In this document: in pieces, positions 19,902-33,831 of the stretch
Layout of the letters: every line of letters starts with the position of its first letter
How positions within the stretch are numbered: position 1 is the first letter of the stretch
Assembly (NCBI RefSeq): GCF_964355755.1
Contig: NC_092672.1
Location: 13,640,001 to 13,704,000, forward strand
Origin: Antedon mediterranea
Lineage: Eukaryota; Animalia; Echinodermata
Direction: 5' to 3'
DNA: 64,000 bases
Notes under the pieces: model-generated
What the model was told of the DNA's origin: nothing
Databases searched by the model: none
What the model saw: the letters and a program-made list of their open reading frames with translations, nothing else
Position numbers and translations under genes: made by a program

Positions 19902-20090
19902 GGTTGGGCCAATCCTGGACGTACTGCAATACCAGGTCAACCCGTGGCCAGGATGGAGCAAGCTCCTATTCCATGGCCTAAATTCAAAAATCAGTTTAAT
20001 ATAGAAGCTACTCGATGAGCAGCGTTTCAGATATTAAGCTGAAAAGAACAGATACTACACATGATCTTAGCCAAAAGGCCGAGAAGCGAT
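19902..20090 (-). ncRNA. U2: U2 snRNA copy 1
   Basis: ATCGCTTCTCGGCCTTTTGGCTAAGATCATGTGTAGTATCTGTTC…, GUAGUA branch-site recognition, Sm site AUUUUUG, loop IV AUUGCAGUAC. The 3' end is approximate (+/-3 nt). Confidence 0.97.
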
Positions 20091-20134
20091 AACAATTAAA
20101 CGAATCTCAACTAGTACCAACAAATGACGACTTG

Positions 20135-20151
20135 CTGTCGAATCAGTGTGA
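20135..20151 (-). promoter_or_regulatory. Candidate snRNA proximal sequence element (PSE), TCACACTGATTCGACAG at -61..-45 (present in every unit)
   Basis: Position and TCAC start match metazoan PSEs (vertebrate consensus TCACCNTNAS…). Function is inferred. Confidence 0.6.
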
Positions 20152-20681
20152 TACATATAATGTAGCTAATGCATACATTCGACCGATGTGTTAAGCCATA
20201 CCGTTTAAAATATAAAAGTTTTTACAGAGATTATAGAGTAATATAATTAATTTGTAATAACTGTCAACATGTTTTTTTTAAACAAAACTGATGACGTGTT
20301 ACGTTCGATGGTCGTAAAACACCGTTAACACTTACGCTACGTTGTCAATTTACATAACAATACAGAGTATACATACAGTGACGTAAGTAGCGTAATGTTT
20401 ATCGAGTCGGACCGTAAAACAAAGACGAAACAGTAAAATATACGTTTCATGGCTATAAATTACGTCATTAACAAAATTTGAATATACGCCCATTCGTTTC
20501 TCTGTGCATTTTAATAATTAAACAATCAACTGAAATTACAGTAACATTTTATTCAGAAAAAATACATAATTATTTCTCTATAGAAAAAGTATGACGTAAC
20601 AACATGTAACCTGTTACGTAAATACAGAAGACTTACAATAAACCGTGTGACAGATTCTCTTTTTTAATAATTATCTTGATA

Positions 20682-20870
20682 GGTTGGGCCAATCCTGGAT
20701 GTACTGCAATACCAGGTCAACCCGTGGCCAGGATGGAGCAAGCTCCTATTCCATGGCCTAAATTCAAAAATCAGTTTAATATAGAAGCTACTCGATGAGC
20801 AGCGTTTCAGATATTAAGCTGAAAAGAACAGATACTACACATGATCTTAGCCAAAAGGCCGAGAAGCGAT
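20682..20870 (-). ncRNA. U2: U2 snRNA copy 2
   Basis: As copy 1. Confidence 0.95.
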
Positions 20871-21461
20871 AACAATTAAACGAATCTCAACTAGTACCAA
20901 CAAATGACGACTTGCTGTCGAATCAGTGTGATACATAATGTAGCTAATGCATACATTCGACCGATGTGTTAAGCCATACCGTTTAAAATATAAAAGTTTT
21001 TACAGAGATTATAGAGTAATATAATTAATTTGTAATATTAACTGTCAACATGTTTTTTTAAAACAAAACTGATGACGTGTTACGTTCGATGGTCGTAAAA
21101 CACCGTTAACGTTATAGAACACTTACGCTACGTTGTCAATTTACATAACAATACAGAGTGACGTAAGTAGCGTAAGGTTTATCGAGTCGGACCGTAAAAC
21201 AAAGACGAAACAGTAAAATATACGTTTCATGGCTATAAATTACGTCATTAACAAAATTTGAATATACGCCCATTCGTTTCTCTGTGCATTTTAATAATTA
21301 AACAATCAACTGAAATTACAGTAACATTTTATTCAGAAAAAATACATAATTATTTCTCTATTGAAAAAGTATGACGTAACAACATGTAACCTGTAACGTA
21401 AATACAGAAGACCTACAATAAACAGTGTAACAGATTCTATTTTTTAATAATTATCTTGATA

Positions 21462-21650
21462 GGTTGGGCCAATCCTGGACGTACTGCAATACCAGGTCAA
21501 CCCGTGGCCAGGATGGAGCAAGCTCCTATTCCATGGCCTAAATTCAAAAATCAGTTTAATATAGAAGCTACTCGATGAGCAGCGTTTCAGATATTAAGCT
21601 GAAAAGAACAGATACTACACATGATCTTAGCCAAAAGGCCGAGAAGCGAT
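21462..21650 (-). ncRNA. U2: U2 snRNA copy 3
   Basis: As copy 1. Confidence 0.95.
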
Positions 21651-22241
21651 AACAATTAAACGAATCTCAACTAGTACCAACAAATGACGACTTGCTGTCG
21701 AATCAGTGTGATACATATAATGTAGCTAATGCATACATTCGACCGATGTGTTAAGCCATACCGTTTAGAATATAAAAGTTTTTACAGAGATTATAGAGTA
21801 ATATAATTAATTTGTAATAACTGTCAACATGTTTTTTTAAAACAAAACTGATGACGTGTTACGTTCGATGGTCGTAAAACACCGTTAACGTTATAGAACA
21901 CTTACGCTACGTTGTCAATTTACATAACAATACAGAGTGACGTAAGTAGCGTAAGGTTTATCGAGTCGGACCGTAAAACAAAGACGAAACAGTAAACTAT
22001 ACGTTTCATGGCTATAAATTAGGTCAATAAATAAAAATTGAAAATACGCCCATTCGTTTCTCTGTGCATTTTAATAATTAAAAAATCAACTGAAATTACA
22101 GTAACATTTCATTCAGAAAAAATAAATAATTATTTCTCTATAGAAAAAGTATGACGCAACAACATGTAACCTGTTACGTAAATACAGAAGACTTACAATA
22201 AACCGTGTGACAGACTCTCTTTTTTAATAATTATCTTGATA

Positions 22242-22430
22242 GGTTGGGCCAATCCTGGATGTACTGCAATACCAGGTCAACCCGTGGCCAGGATGGAGCA
22301 AGCTCCTATTCCATGGCCTAAATTCAAAAATCAGTTTAATATAGAAGCTACTCGATGAGCAGCGTTTCAGATATTAAGCTGAAAAGAACAGATACTACAC
22401 ATGATCTTAGCCAAAAGGCCGAGAAGCGAT
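22242..22430 (-). ncRNA. U2: U2 snRNA copy 4
   Basis: As copy 1. Confidence 0.95.
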
Positions 22431-23023
22431 AACAATTAAACGAATCTCAACTAGTACCAACAAATGACGACTTGCTGTCGAATCAGTGTGATACATATAA
22501 TGTAGCTAATGCATACATTCGACCGATGTGTTAAGCCATACCGTTTAAAATATAAAAGTTTTTACAGAGATTATAGAGTAATATAATTAATTTGTAATAT
22601 TAACTGTCAACATGTTTTTTTAAAACAAAACTGATGACGTGTTACGTTCGATGGTCGTAAAACACCGTTAACGTTATAGAACACTTACGCTACGTTGTCA
22701 ATTTACATAACAATACAGAGTGACGTAAGTAGCGTAAGGTTTATCGAGTCGGACCGTAAAACAAAGACGAAACAGTAAAATATACGTTTCATGGCTATAA
22801 ATTACGTCATTAACAAAATTTGAATATACGCCCATTCGTTTCTCTGTGCATTTTAATAATTAAACAATCAACTGAAATTACAGTAACATTTTATTCAGAA
22901 AAAATACATAATTATTTCTCTATTGAAAAAGTATGACGTAACAACATGTAACCTGTAACGTAAATACAGAAGACCTACAATAAACAGTGTAACAGATTCT
23001 ATTTTTTAATAATTATCTTGATA

Positions 23024-23212
23024 GGTTGGGCCAATCCTGGACGTACTGCAATACCAGGTCAACCCGTGGCCAGGATGGAGCAAGCTCCTATTCCATGGCC
23101 TAAATTCAAAAATCAGTTTAATATAGAAGCTACTCGATGAGCAGCGTTTCAGATATTAAGCTGAAAAGAACAGATACTACACATGATCTTAGCCAAAAGG
23201 CCGAGAAGCGAT
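23024..23212 (-). ncRNA. U2: U2 snRNA copy 5
   Basis: As copy 1. Confidence 0.95.
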
Positions 23213-23803
23213 AACAATTAAACGAATCTCAACTAGTACCAACAAATGACGACTTGCTGTCGAATCAGTGTGATACATATAATGTAGCTAATGCATACAT
23301 TCGACCGATGTGTTAAGTCATACCGTTTAGAATATAAAAGTTTTTACAGAGATTATAGAGTAATATAATTAATTTGTAATAACTGTCAACATGTTTTTTT
23401 AAAACAAAACTGATGACGTGTTACGTTCGATGGTCGTAAAACACCGTTAACGTTATAGAACACTTACGCTACGTTGTCAATTTACATAACAATACAGAGT
23501 GACGTAAGTAGCGTAAGGTTTATCGAGTCGGACCGTAAAACAAAGACGAAACAGTAAACTATACGTTTCATGGCTATAAATTAGGTCAATAAATAAAAAT
23601 TGAAAATACGCCCATTCGTTTCTCTGTGCATTTTAATAATTAAAAAATCAACTGAAATTACAGTAACATTTCATTCAGAAAAAATAAATAATTATTTCTC
23701 TATAGAAAAAGTATGACGCAACAACATGTAACCTGTTACGTAAATACAGAAGACTTACAATAAACCGTGTGACAGATTCTCTTTTTTAATAATTATCTTG
23801 ATA

Positions 23804-23992
23804 GGTTGGGCCAATCCTGGATGTACTGCAATACCAGGTCAACCCGTGGCCAGGATGGAGCAAGCTCCTATTCCATGGCCTAAATTCAAAAATCAGTTTA
23901 ATATAGAAGCTACTCGATGAGCAGCGTTTCAGATATTAAGCTGAAAAGAACAGATACTACACATGATCTTAGCCAAAAGGCCGAGAAGCGAT
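23804..23992 (-). ncRNA. U2: U2 snRNA copy 6
   Basis: As copy 1. Confidence 0.95.
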
Positions 23993-24585
23993 AACAATTA
24001 AACGAATCTCAACTAGTACCAACAAATGACGACTTGCTGTCGAATCAGTGTGATACATATAATGTAGCTAATGCATACATTCGACCGATGTGTTAAGCCA
24101 TACCGTTTAAAATATAAAAGTTTTTACAGAGATTATAGAGTAATATAATTAATTTGTAATATTAACTGTCAACATGTTTTTTTAAAACAAAACTGATGAC
24201 GTGTTACGTTCGATGGTCGTAAAACACCGTTAACGTTATAGAACACTTACGCTACGTTGTCAATTTACATAACAATACAGAGTGACGTAAGTAGCGTAAG
24301 GTTTATCGAGTCGGACCGTAAAACAAAGACGAAACAGTAAAATATACGTTTCATGGCTATAAATTACGTCATTAACAAAATTTGAATATACGCCCATTCG
24401 TTTCTCTGTGCATTTTAATAATTAAACAATCAACTGAAATTACAGTAACATTTTATTCAGAAAAAATACATAATTATTTCTCTATTGAAAAAGTATGACG
24501 TAACAACATGTAACCTGTAACGTAAATACAGAAGACCTACAATAAACAGTGTAACAGATTCTATTTTTTAATAATTATCTTGATA

Positions 24586-24774
24586 GGTTGGGCCAATCCT
24601 GGACGTACTGCAATACCAGGTCAACCCGTGGCCAGGATGGAGCAAGCTCCTATTCCATGGCCTAAATTCAAAAATCAGTTTAATATAGAAGCTACTCGAT
24701 GAGCAGCGTTTCAGATATTAAGCTGAAAAGAACAGATACTACACATGATCTTAGCCAAAAGGCCGAGAAGCGAT
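24586..24774 (-). ncRNA. U2: U2 snRNA copy 7
   Basis: As copy 1. Confidence 0.95.
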
Positions 24775-25364
24775 AACAATTAAACGAATCTCAACTAGTA
24801 CCAACAAATGACGACTTGCTGTCGAATCAGTGTGATACATATAATGTAGCTAATGCATACATTCGACCGATGTGTTAAGCCATACCGTTTAAAATATAAA
24901 AGTTTTTACAGAGATTATAGAGTAATATAATTAATTTGTAATAACTGTCAACATGTTTTTTTTAAACAAAACTGATGACGTGTTACGTTCGATGGTCGTA
25001 AAACACCGTTAACGTTATAGAACACTTACGCTACGTTGTCAATTTACATAACAATACAGAGTGACGTAAGTAGCGTAAGGTTTATCGAGTCGGACCGTAA
25101 AACAAAGACGAAACAGTAAAATATACGTTTCATGGCTATAAATTACGTCATTAACAAAATTTGAATATACGCCCATTCGTTTCTCTGTGCATTTTAATAA
25201 TTAAACAATCAACTGAAATTACAGTAACATTTTATTCAGAAAAAATACATAATTATTTCTCTATTGAAAAAGTATGACGTAACAACATGTAACCTGTAAC
25301 GTAAATACAGAAGACCTACAATAAACAGTGTAACAGATTCTATTTTTTAATAATTATCTTGATA

Positions 25365-25553
25365 GGTTGGGCCAATCCTGGACGTACTGCAATACCAGGT
25401 CAACCCGTGGCCAGGATGGAGCAAGCTCCTATTCCATGGCCTAAATTAAAAAATCAGTTTAATATAGAAGCTACTCGATGAGCAGCGTTTCAGATATTAA
25501 GCTGAAAAGAACAGATACTACACATGATCTTAGCCAAAAGGCCGAGAAGCGAT
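25365..25553 (-). ncRNA. U2: U2 snRNA copy 8 (Sm-site G>U variant)
   Basis: As copy 1. Confidence 0.93.
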
Positions 25554-26081
25554 AACAATTAAACGAATCTCAACTAGTACCAACAAATGACGACTTGCTG
25601 TCGAATCAGTGTGATACATATAATGTAGCTAATGCATACATTCGACCGATGTGTTAAGCCATACCGTTTAAAATATAAAGTTTTTACAGAGATTATAGAG
25701 TAATATAATTAATTTGTAATAACTGTCAACATGTTTTTTTTAAACAAAACTGATGACGTGTTACGTTCGATGGTCGTAAAACACCGTTAACGTTATAGAA
25801 CACTTACGCTACGTTGTCAATTTACATAACAATACAGAGTGACGTAAGTAGCGTAATGTTTATCGAGTCGGACCGTAAAACAAAGACGAAACAGTAAAAT
25901 ATACGTTTCATGGCTATAAATTACGTCATTAACAAAATTTGAATATACGCCCATTCGTTTCTCTGTGCGTTTTAATAATTAAACAATCAACTGAAATTAC
26001 AGTAACATTTTATTCAGAAAAAATACATAATTATTTCTCTATTGAAAAAGTATGACGTAACAACATGTAACCTGTAACGTA

Positions 26082-26531
26082 TTTATTTATTTATTTATTT
26101 GGAATTACACCTTTAGATCGGTGGCACACTTAGCACAAAGGTGCATCCTTCACAATATAAAATATAACAATTAACAGAAAAGTAAAAAAAGGCAAAAGCA
26201 ACTATCAACCCCTATCCTACCCCCCCCCCCCCCAATTTACATCGATACATACAGTAGATCATTACTTTACACAATGAATACAAAACAAGATATAGTAAAA
26301 GTGTATAAAATAAAATAAAATCAGCTGATAAACACAGCTTATTACGAAAAACCCCCAACTCCTCCCCCCTCCCACTTTTTTTTCAATTTACTTAATGTAG
26401 CAATGTAGATAACATAGTTATTGAGTCATGGAATTCAGTGAATCATTTCGAAATTGCCATGCTTGTTTTAGGTATCTTTTACAAAAACTATCTAAAATAT
26501 GTTCACACTCTTCATCAATTAAATTATCTGA
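26082..26531 (-). mobile_element. 450-bp 5'-truncated RTEX-like copy (second subfamily), (TAAA)n tail, GTA duplicated at the junctions, ~65 bp downstream of a U2 gene
   Basis: The minus strand encodes …EECEHILDSFCKRYLKQAWQFRNDS, similar to the ORF2 end (…EIFDMFCKSYIKQAWASR). It shares the terminal GGATGCACC…GTGTGCCACCGAT.TAAAGGTG.AATT.CCAAATAAA motif. Confidence 0.88.
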
Positions 26532-26595
26532 GTAAATACAGAAGACCTACAATAAACAGTGTAACAGATTCTATTTTTTAATAATTATCTTGATA

Positions 26596-26784
26596 GGTTG
26601 GGCCAATCCTGGACGTACTGCAATACCAGGTCAACCCGTGGCCAGGATGGAGCAAGCTCCTATTCCATGGCCTAAATTCAAAAATCAGTTTAATATAGAA
26701 GCTACTCGATGAGCAGCGTTTCAGATATTAAGCTGAAAAGAACAGATACTACACATGATCTTAGCCAAAAGGCCGAGAAGCGAT
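26596..26784 (-). ncRNA. U2: U2 snRNA copy 9
   Basis: As copy 1. Confidence 0.95.
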
Positions 26785-27374
26785 AACAATTAAACGAATC
26801 TCAACTAGTACCAACAAATGACGACTTGCTGTCGAATCAGTGTGATACATATAATGTAGCTAATGCATACATTCGACCGATGTGTTAAGTCATACCGTTT
26901 AGAATATAAAAGTTTTTACAGAGATTATAGAGTAATATAATTAATTTGTAATAACTGTCAACATGTTTTTTTAAAACAAAACTGATGACGTGTTACGTTC
27001 GATGGTCGTAAAACACCGTTAACGTTAAAGAACACTTACGCTACGTTGTCAATTTACATAACAATACAGAGTGACGTAAGTAGCGTAAGGTTTATCGAGT
27101 CGGACCGTAAAACAAAGACGAAACAGTAAAATATACGTTTCATGGCTATAAATTACGTCATTAACAAAATTTGAATATACGCCCATTCGTTTCTCTGTGC
27201 ATTTTAATAATTAAACAATCAACTGAAATTACAGTAACATTTTATTCAGAAAAAATACATAATTATTTCTCTATTGAAAAAGTATGACGTAACAACATGT
27301 AACCTGTAACGTAAATACAGAAGACCTACAATAAACAGTGTAACAGATTCTATTTTTTAATAACTATCTTGATA

Positions 27375-27563
27375 GGTTGGGCCAATCCTGGACGTACTGC
27401 AATACCAGGTCAACCCGTGGCCAGGATGGAGCAAGCTCCTATTCCATGGCCTAAATTCAAAAATCAGTTTAATATAGAAGCTACTCGATGAGCAGCGTTT
27501 CAGATATTAAGCTGAAAAGAACAGATACTACACATGATCTTAGCCAAAAGGCCGAGAAGCGAT
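27375..27563 (-). ncRNA. U2: U2 snRNA copy 10
   Basis: As copy 1. Confidence 0.95.
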
Positions 27564-28154
27564 AACAATTAAACGAATCTCAACTAGTACCAACAAATGA
27601 CGACTTGCTGTCGAATCAGTGTGATACATATAATGTAGCTAATGCATACATTCGACCGATGTGTTAAGCCATACCGTTTAAAATATAAAAGTTTTTACAG
27701 AGATTATAGAGTAATATAATTAATTTGTAATAACTGTCAACATGTTTTTTTTAAACAAAACTGATGACGTGTTACGTTCGATGGTCGTAAAACACCGTTA
27801 ACACTTACGCTACGTTGTCAATTTACATAACAATACAGAGTATACATACAGTGACGTAAGTAGCGTAATGTTTATCGAGTCGGACCGTAAAACAAAGACG
27901 AAACAGTAAAATATACGTTTCATGGCTATAAATTACGTCATTAACAAAATTTGAATATACGCCCATTCGTTTCTCTGTGCATTTTAATAATTAAACAATC
28001 AACTGAAATTACAGTAACATTTTATTCAGAAAAAATACATAATTATTTCTCTATTGAAAAAGTATGACGTAACAACATGTAACCTGTAACGTAAATACAG
28101 AAGACCTACAATAAACAGTGTAACAGATTCTATTTTTTAATAATTATCTTGATA

Positions 28155-28343
28155 GGTTGGGCCAATCCTGGACGTACTGCAATACCAGGTCAACCCGTGG
28201 CCAGGATGGAGCAAGCTCCTATTCCATGGCCTAAATTCAAAAATCAGTTTAATATAGAAGCTACTCGATGAGCAGCGTTTCAGATATTAAGCTGAAAAGA
28301 ACAGATACTACACATGATCTTAGCCAAAAGGCCGAGAAGCGAT
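28155..28343 (-). ncRNA. U2: U2 snRNA copy 11
   Basis: As copy 1. Confidence 0.95.
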
Positions 28344-28951
28344 AACAATTAAACGAATCTCAACTAGTACCAACAAATGACGACTTGCTGTCGAATCAGT
28401 GTGATACATATAATGTAGCTAATGCATACATTCGACCGATGTGTTAAGCCATACCGTTTAAAATATAAAAGTTTTTACAGAGATTATAGAGTAATATAAT
28501 TAATTTGTAATATTAACTGTCAACATGTTTTTTTAAAACAAAACTGATGACGTGTTACGTTCGATGGTCGTAAAACACCGTTAACGTTATAGAACACTTA
28601 CGCTACGTTGTCAATTTACATAACAATACAGAGTATACATACAGTGACGTAAGTAGCGTAAGGTTTATCGAGTTGGACCGTAAAACAAAGACGAAACAGT
28701 AAACTATACGTTTCATGGCTATAAATTAGGTCAATAAATAAAAATTGAAAATACGCCCATTCGTTTCTCTGTGCATTTTAATAATTAAAAAATCAACTGA
28801 AATTACAGTAACATTTCATTCAGAAAAAATAAATAATTATTTCTCTATAGAAAAAGTATGACGTAACAACATGTAACCTGTTACGTAAATACAGAAGAAG
28901 ACCTACAATAAACAGTGTAACAGATTCTATTTTGTAATAATTATCTTGATA

Positions 28952-29140
28952 GGTTGGGCCAATCCTGGATGTACTGCAATACCAGGTCAACCCGTGGCCA
29001 GGATGGAGCAAGCTCTTATTCCATGGCCTAAATTCAAAAATAAGTTTAATATAGAAGCTACTCGATGAGCAGCGTTTCAGATATTAAGCTGAAAAGAACA
29101 GATACTACACATGATCTTAGCCAAAAGGCCGAGAAGCGAT
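28952..29140 (-). ncRNA. U2: U2 snRNA copy 12
   Basis: As copy 1. Confidence 0.95.
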
Positions 29141-29745
29141 AACAATTAAACGAATCTCAACTAGTACCAACAAATGACGACTTGCTGTCGAATCAGTGTG
29201 ATACATATAATGTAGCTAATGCATACATTCGACCGATGTGTTAAGCCATACCGTTTAAAATATAAAAGTTTTTACAGAGATTATAGAGTAATATAATTAA
29301 TTTGTAATAACTGTCAACATGTTTTTTTAAAACAAAACTGATGACGTGTTACGTTCGATGGTCGTAAAACACCGTTAACGTTATAGAACACTTACGCTAC
29401 GTTGTCAATTTACATAACAATACAGAGTATACATACAGTGACGTAAGTAGCGTAAGGTTTATCGAGTCGGACCGTAAAACAAAGACGAAACAGTAAACTA
29501 TACGTTTCATGGCTATAAATTAGGTCAATAAATAAAAATTGAAAATACGCCCATTCGTTTCTCTGTGCATTTTAATAATTAAAAAATCAACTGAAATTAC
29601 AGTAACATTTCATTCAGAAAAAATAAATAATTATTTCTCTATAGAAAAAGTATGACGTAACAACATGTAACCTGTTACGTAAATACAGAAGAAGACCTAC
29701 AATAAACAGTGTAACAGATTCTATTTTGTAATAATTATCTTGATA

Positions 29746-29934
29746 GGTTGGGCCAATCCTGGATGTACTGCAATACCAGGTCAACCCGTGGCCAGGATGG
29801 AGCAAGCTCCTATTCCATGGCCTAAATTCAAAAATAAGTTTAATATAGAAGCTACTCGATGAGCAGCGTTTCAGATATTAAGCTGAAAAGAACAGATACT
29901 ACACATGATCTTAGCCAAAAGGCCGAGAAGCGAT
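29746..29934 (-). ncRNA. U2: U2 snRNA copy 13
   Basis: As copy 1. Confidence 0.95.
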
Positions 29935-30524
29935 AACAATTAAACGAATCTCAACTAGTACCAACAAATGACGACTTGCTGTCGAATCAGTGTGATACAT
30001 ATAATGTAGCTAATGAATACATTCGACCGATGTGTTAAGCCATACCGTTTAAAATATAAAAGTTTTTACAGAGATTGTAGAGTAATATAATTAATTTGTA
30101 ATAACTGTCAACATGTTTTTTTAAAACAAAACTGATGACGTGTTACGTTCGATGGTCGTAAAACACCGTTAACGTTATAGAACACTTACGCTACGTTGTC
30201 AATTTACATAACAATACAGAGTGACGTAAGTAGCGTAAGGTTTATCGAGTCGGACCGTAAAACAAAGACGAAACAGTAAAATATACGTTTCATGGCTATA
30301 AATTACGTCATTAACAAAATTTGAATATACGCCCATTCGTTTCTCTGTGCATTTTAATAATTAAACAATCAACTGAAATTACAGTAACATTTTATTCAGA
30401 AAAAATACATAATTATTTCTCTATTGAAAAAGTATGACGTAACAACATGTAACCTGTAACGTAAATACAGAAGACCTACAATAAACAGTGTAACAGATTC
30501 TATTTTTTAATAATTATCTTGATA

Positions 30525-30713
30525 GGTTGGGCCAATCCTGGACGTACTGCAATACCAGGTCAACCCGTGGCCAGGATGGAGCAAGCTCCTATTCCATGGC
30601 CTAAATTCAAAAATCAGTTTAATATAGAAGCTACTCGATGAGCAGCGTTTCAGATATTAAGCTGAAAAGAACAGATACTACACATGATCTTAGCCAAAAG
30701 GCCGAGAAGCGAT
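30525..30713 (-). ncRNA. U2: U2 snRNA copy 14
   Basis: As copy 1. Confidence 0.95.
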
Positions 30714-31303
30714 AACAATTAAACGAATCTCAACTAGTACCAACAAATGACGACTTGCTGTCGAATCAGTGTGATACATATAATGTAGCTAATGCATACA
30801 TTCGACCGATGTGTTAAGTCATACCGTTTAGAATATAAAAGTTTTTACAGAGATTATAGAGTAATATAATTAATTTGTAATAACTGTCAACATGTTTTTT
30901 TAAAACAAAACTGATGACGTGTTACGTTCGATGGTCGTAAAACACCGTTAACGTTATAGAACACTTACGCTACGTTGTCAATTTACATAACAATACAGAG
31001 TGACGTAAGTAGCGTAAGGTTTATCGAGTCGGACCGTAAAACAAAGACGAAACAGTAAAATATACGTTTCATGGCTATAAATTACGTCATTAACAAAATT
31101 TGAATATACGCCCATTCGTTTCTCTGTGCATTTTAATAATTAAACAATCAACTGAAATTACAGTAACATTTTATTCAGAAAAAATACATAATTATTTCTC
31201 TATTGAAAAAGTATGACGTAACAACATGTAACCTGTAACGTAAATACAGAAGACCTACAATAAACAGTGTAACAGATTCTATTTTTTAATAATTATCTTG
31301 ATA

Positions 31304-31492
31304 GGTTGGGCCAATCCTGGACGTACTGCAATACCAGGTCAACCCGTGGCCAGGATGGAGCAAGCTCCTATTCCATGGCCTAAATTCAAAAATCAGTTTA
31401 ATATAGAAGCTACTCGATGAGCAGCGTTTCAGATATTAAGCTGAAAAGAACAGATACTACACATGATCTTAGCCAAAAGGCCGAGAAGCGAT
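31304..31492 (-). ncRNA. U2: U2 snRNA copy 15
   Basis: As copy 1. Confidence 0.95.
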
Positions 31493-32083
31493 AACAATTA
31501 AACGAATCTCAACTAGTACCAACAAATGACGACTTGCTGTCGAATCAGTGTGATACATATAATGTAGCTAATGCATACATTCGACCGATGTGTTAAGTCA
31601 TACCGTTTAGAATATAAAAGTTTTTACAGAGATTATAGAGTAATATAATTAATTTGTAATAACTGTCAACATGTTTTTTTAAAACAAAACTGATGACGTG
31701 TTACGTTCGATGGTCGTAAAACACCGTTAACGTTATAGAACACTTACGCTACGTTGTCAATTTACATAACAATACAGAGTGACGTAAGTAGCGTAAGGTT
31801 TATCGAGTCGGACCGTAAAACAAAGACGAAACAGTAAACTATACGTTTCATGGCTATAAATTAGGTCAATAAATAAAAATTGAAAATACGCCCATTCGTT
31901 TCTCTGTGCATTTTAATAATTAAAAAATCAACTGAAATTACAGTAATATTTCATTCAGAAAAAATAAATAATTATTTCTCTATAGAAAAAGTATGACGCA
32001 ACAACATGTAACCTGTTACGTAAATACAGAAGACTTACAATAAACCGTGTGACAGATTCTCTTTTTTAATAATTATCTTGATA

Positions 32084-32272
32084 GGTTGGGTCAATCCTGG
32101 ATGTACTGCAATACCAGGTCAACCCGTGGCCAGGATGGAGCAAGCTCCTATTCCATGGCCTAAATTCAAAAATCAGTTTAATATAGAAGCTACTCGATGA
32201 GCAGCGTTTCAGATATTAAGCTGAAAAGAACAGATACTACACATGATCTTAGCCAAAAGGCCGAGAAGCGAT
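32084..32272 (-). ncRNA. U2: U2 snRNA copy 16
   Basis: As copy 1. Confidence 0.95.
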
Positions 32273-32862
32273 AACAATTAAACGAATCTCAACTAGTACC
32301 AACAAATGACGACTTGCTGTCGAATCAGTGTGATACATATAATGTAGCTAATGCATACATTCGACCGATGTGTTAAGCCATACCGTTTAAAATATAAAAG
32401 TTTTTACAGAGATTATAGAGTAATATAATTAATTTGTAATAACTGTCAACATGTTTTTTTAAAACAAAACTGATGACGTGTTACGTTCGATGGTCGTAAA
32501 ACACCGTTAACGTTATAGAACACTTACGCTACGTTGTCAATTTACATAACAATACAGAGTGACGTAAGTAGCGTAAGGTTTATCGAGTCGGACCGTAAAA
32601 CAAAGACGAAACAGTAAAATATACGTTTCATGGCTATAAATTACGTCATTAACAAAATTTGAATATACGCCCATTCGTTTCTCTGTGCATTTTAATAATT
32701 AAACAATCAACTGAAATTACAGTAACATTTTATTCAGAAAAAATACATAATTATTTCTCTATTGAAAAAGTATGACGTAACAACATGTAACCTGTAACGT
32801 AAATACAGAAGACCTACAATAAACAGTGTAACAGATTCTATTTTTTAATAATTATCTTGATA

Positions 32863-33051
32863 GGTTGGGCCAATCCTGGACGTACTGCAATACCAGGTCA
32901 ACCCGTGGCCAGGATGGAGCAAGCTCCTATTCCATGGCCTAAATTCAAAAATCAGTTTAATATAGAAGCTACTCGATGAGCAGCGTTTCAGATATTAAGC
33001 TGAAAAGAACAGATACTACACATGATCTTAGCCAAAAGGCCGAGAAGCGAT
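32863..33051 (-). ncRNA. U2: U2 snRNA copy 17
   Basis: As copy 1. Confidence 0.95.
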
Positions 33052-33642
33052 AACAATTAAACGAATCTCAACTAGTACCAACAAATGACGACTTGCTGTC
33101 GAATCAGTGTGATACATATAATGTAGCTAATGCATACATTCGACCGATGTGTTAAGCCATACCGTTTAAAATATAAAAGTTTTTACAGAGATTATAGAGT
33201 AATATAATTAATTTGTAATAACTGTCAACATGTTTTTTTTAAACAAAACTGATGACGTGTTACGTTCGATGGTCGTAAAACACCGTTAACACTTACGCTA
33301 CGTTGTCAATTTACATAACAATACAGAGTATACATACAGTGACGTAAGTAGCGTAATGTTTATCGAGTCGGACCGTAAAACAAAGACGAAACAGTAAAAT
33401 ATACGTTTCATGGCTATAAATTACGTCATTAACAAAATTTGAATATACGCCCATTCGTTTCTCTGTGCATTTTAATAATTAAACAATCAACTGAAATTAC
33501 AGTAACATTTTATTCAGAAAAAATACATAATTATTTCTCTATTGAAAAAGTATGACGTAACAACATGTAACCTGTAACGTAAATACAGAAGACCTACAAT
33601 AAACAGTGTAACAGATTCTATTTTTTAATAATTATCTTGATA

Positions 33643-33831
33643 GGTTGGGCCAATCCTGGACGTACTGCAATACCAGGTCAACCCGTGGCCAGGATGGAGC
33701 AAGCTCCTATTCCATGGCCTAAATTAAAAAATCAGTTTATTATAGAAGCTACTCGATGAGCAGCGTTTCAGATATTAAGCTGAAAAGAACAGATACTACA
33801 CATGATCTTAGCCAAAAGGCCGAGAAGCGAT
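33643..33831 (-). ncRNA. U2: U2 snRNA copy 18 (Sm-site G>U variant)
   Basis: As copy 1. Confidence 0.93.

Noticed and set aside
20060-20062. U at U2 nt 30 (GAUCAUGUG rather than human GAUCAAGUG) as a sign of pseudogenes
   Set aside because: It is fixed in all 57 copies, so it is the species sequence. From memory it resembles sea-urchin U2, which I could not verify.
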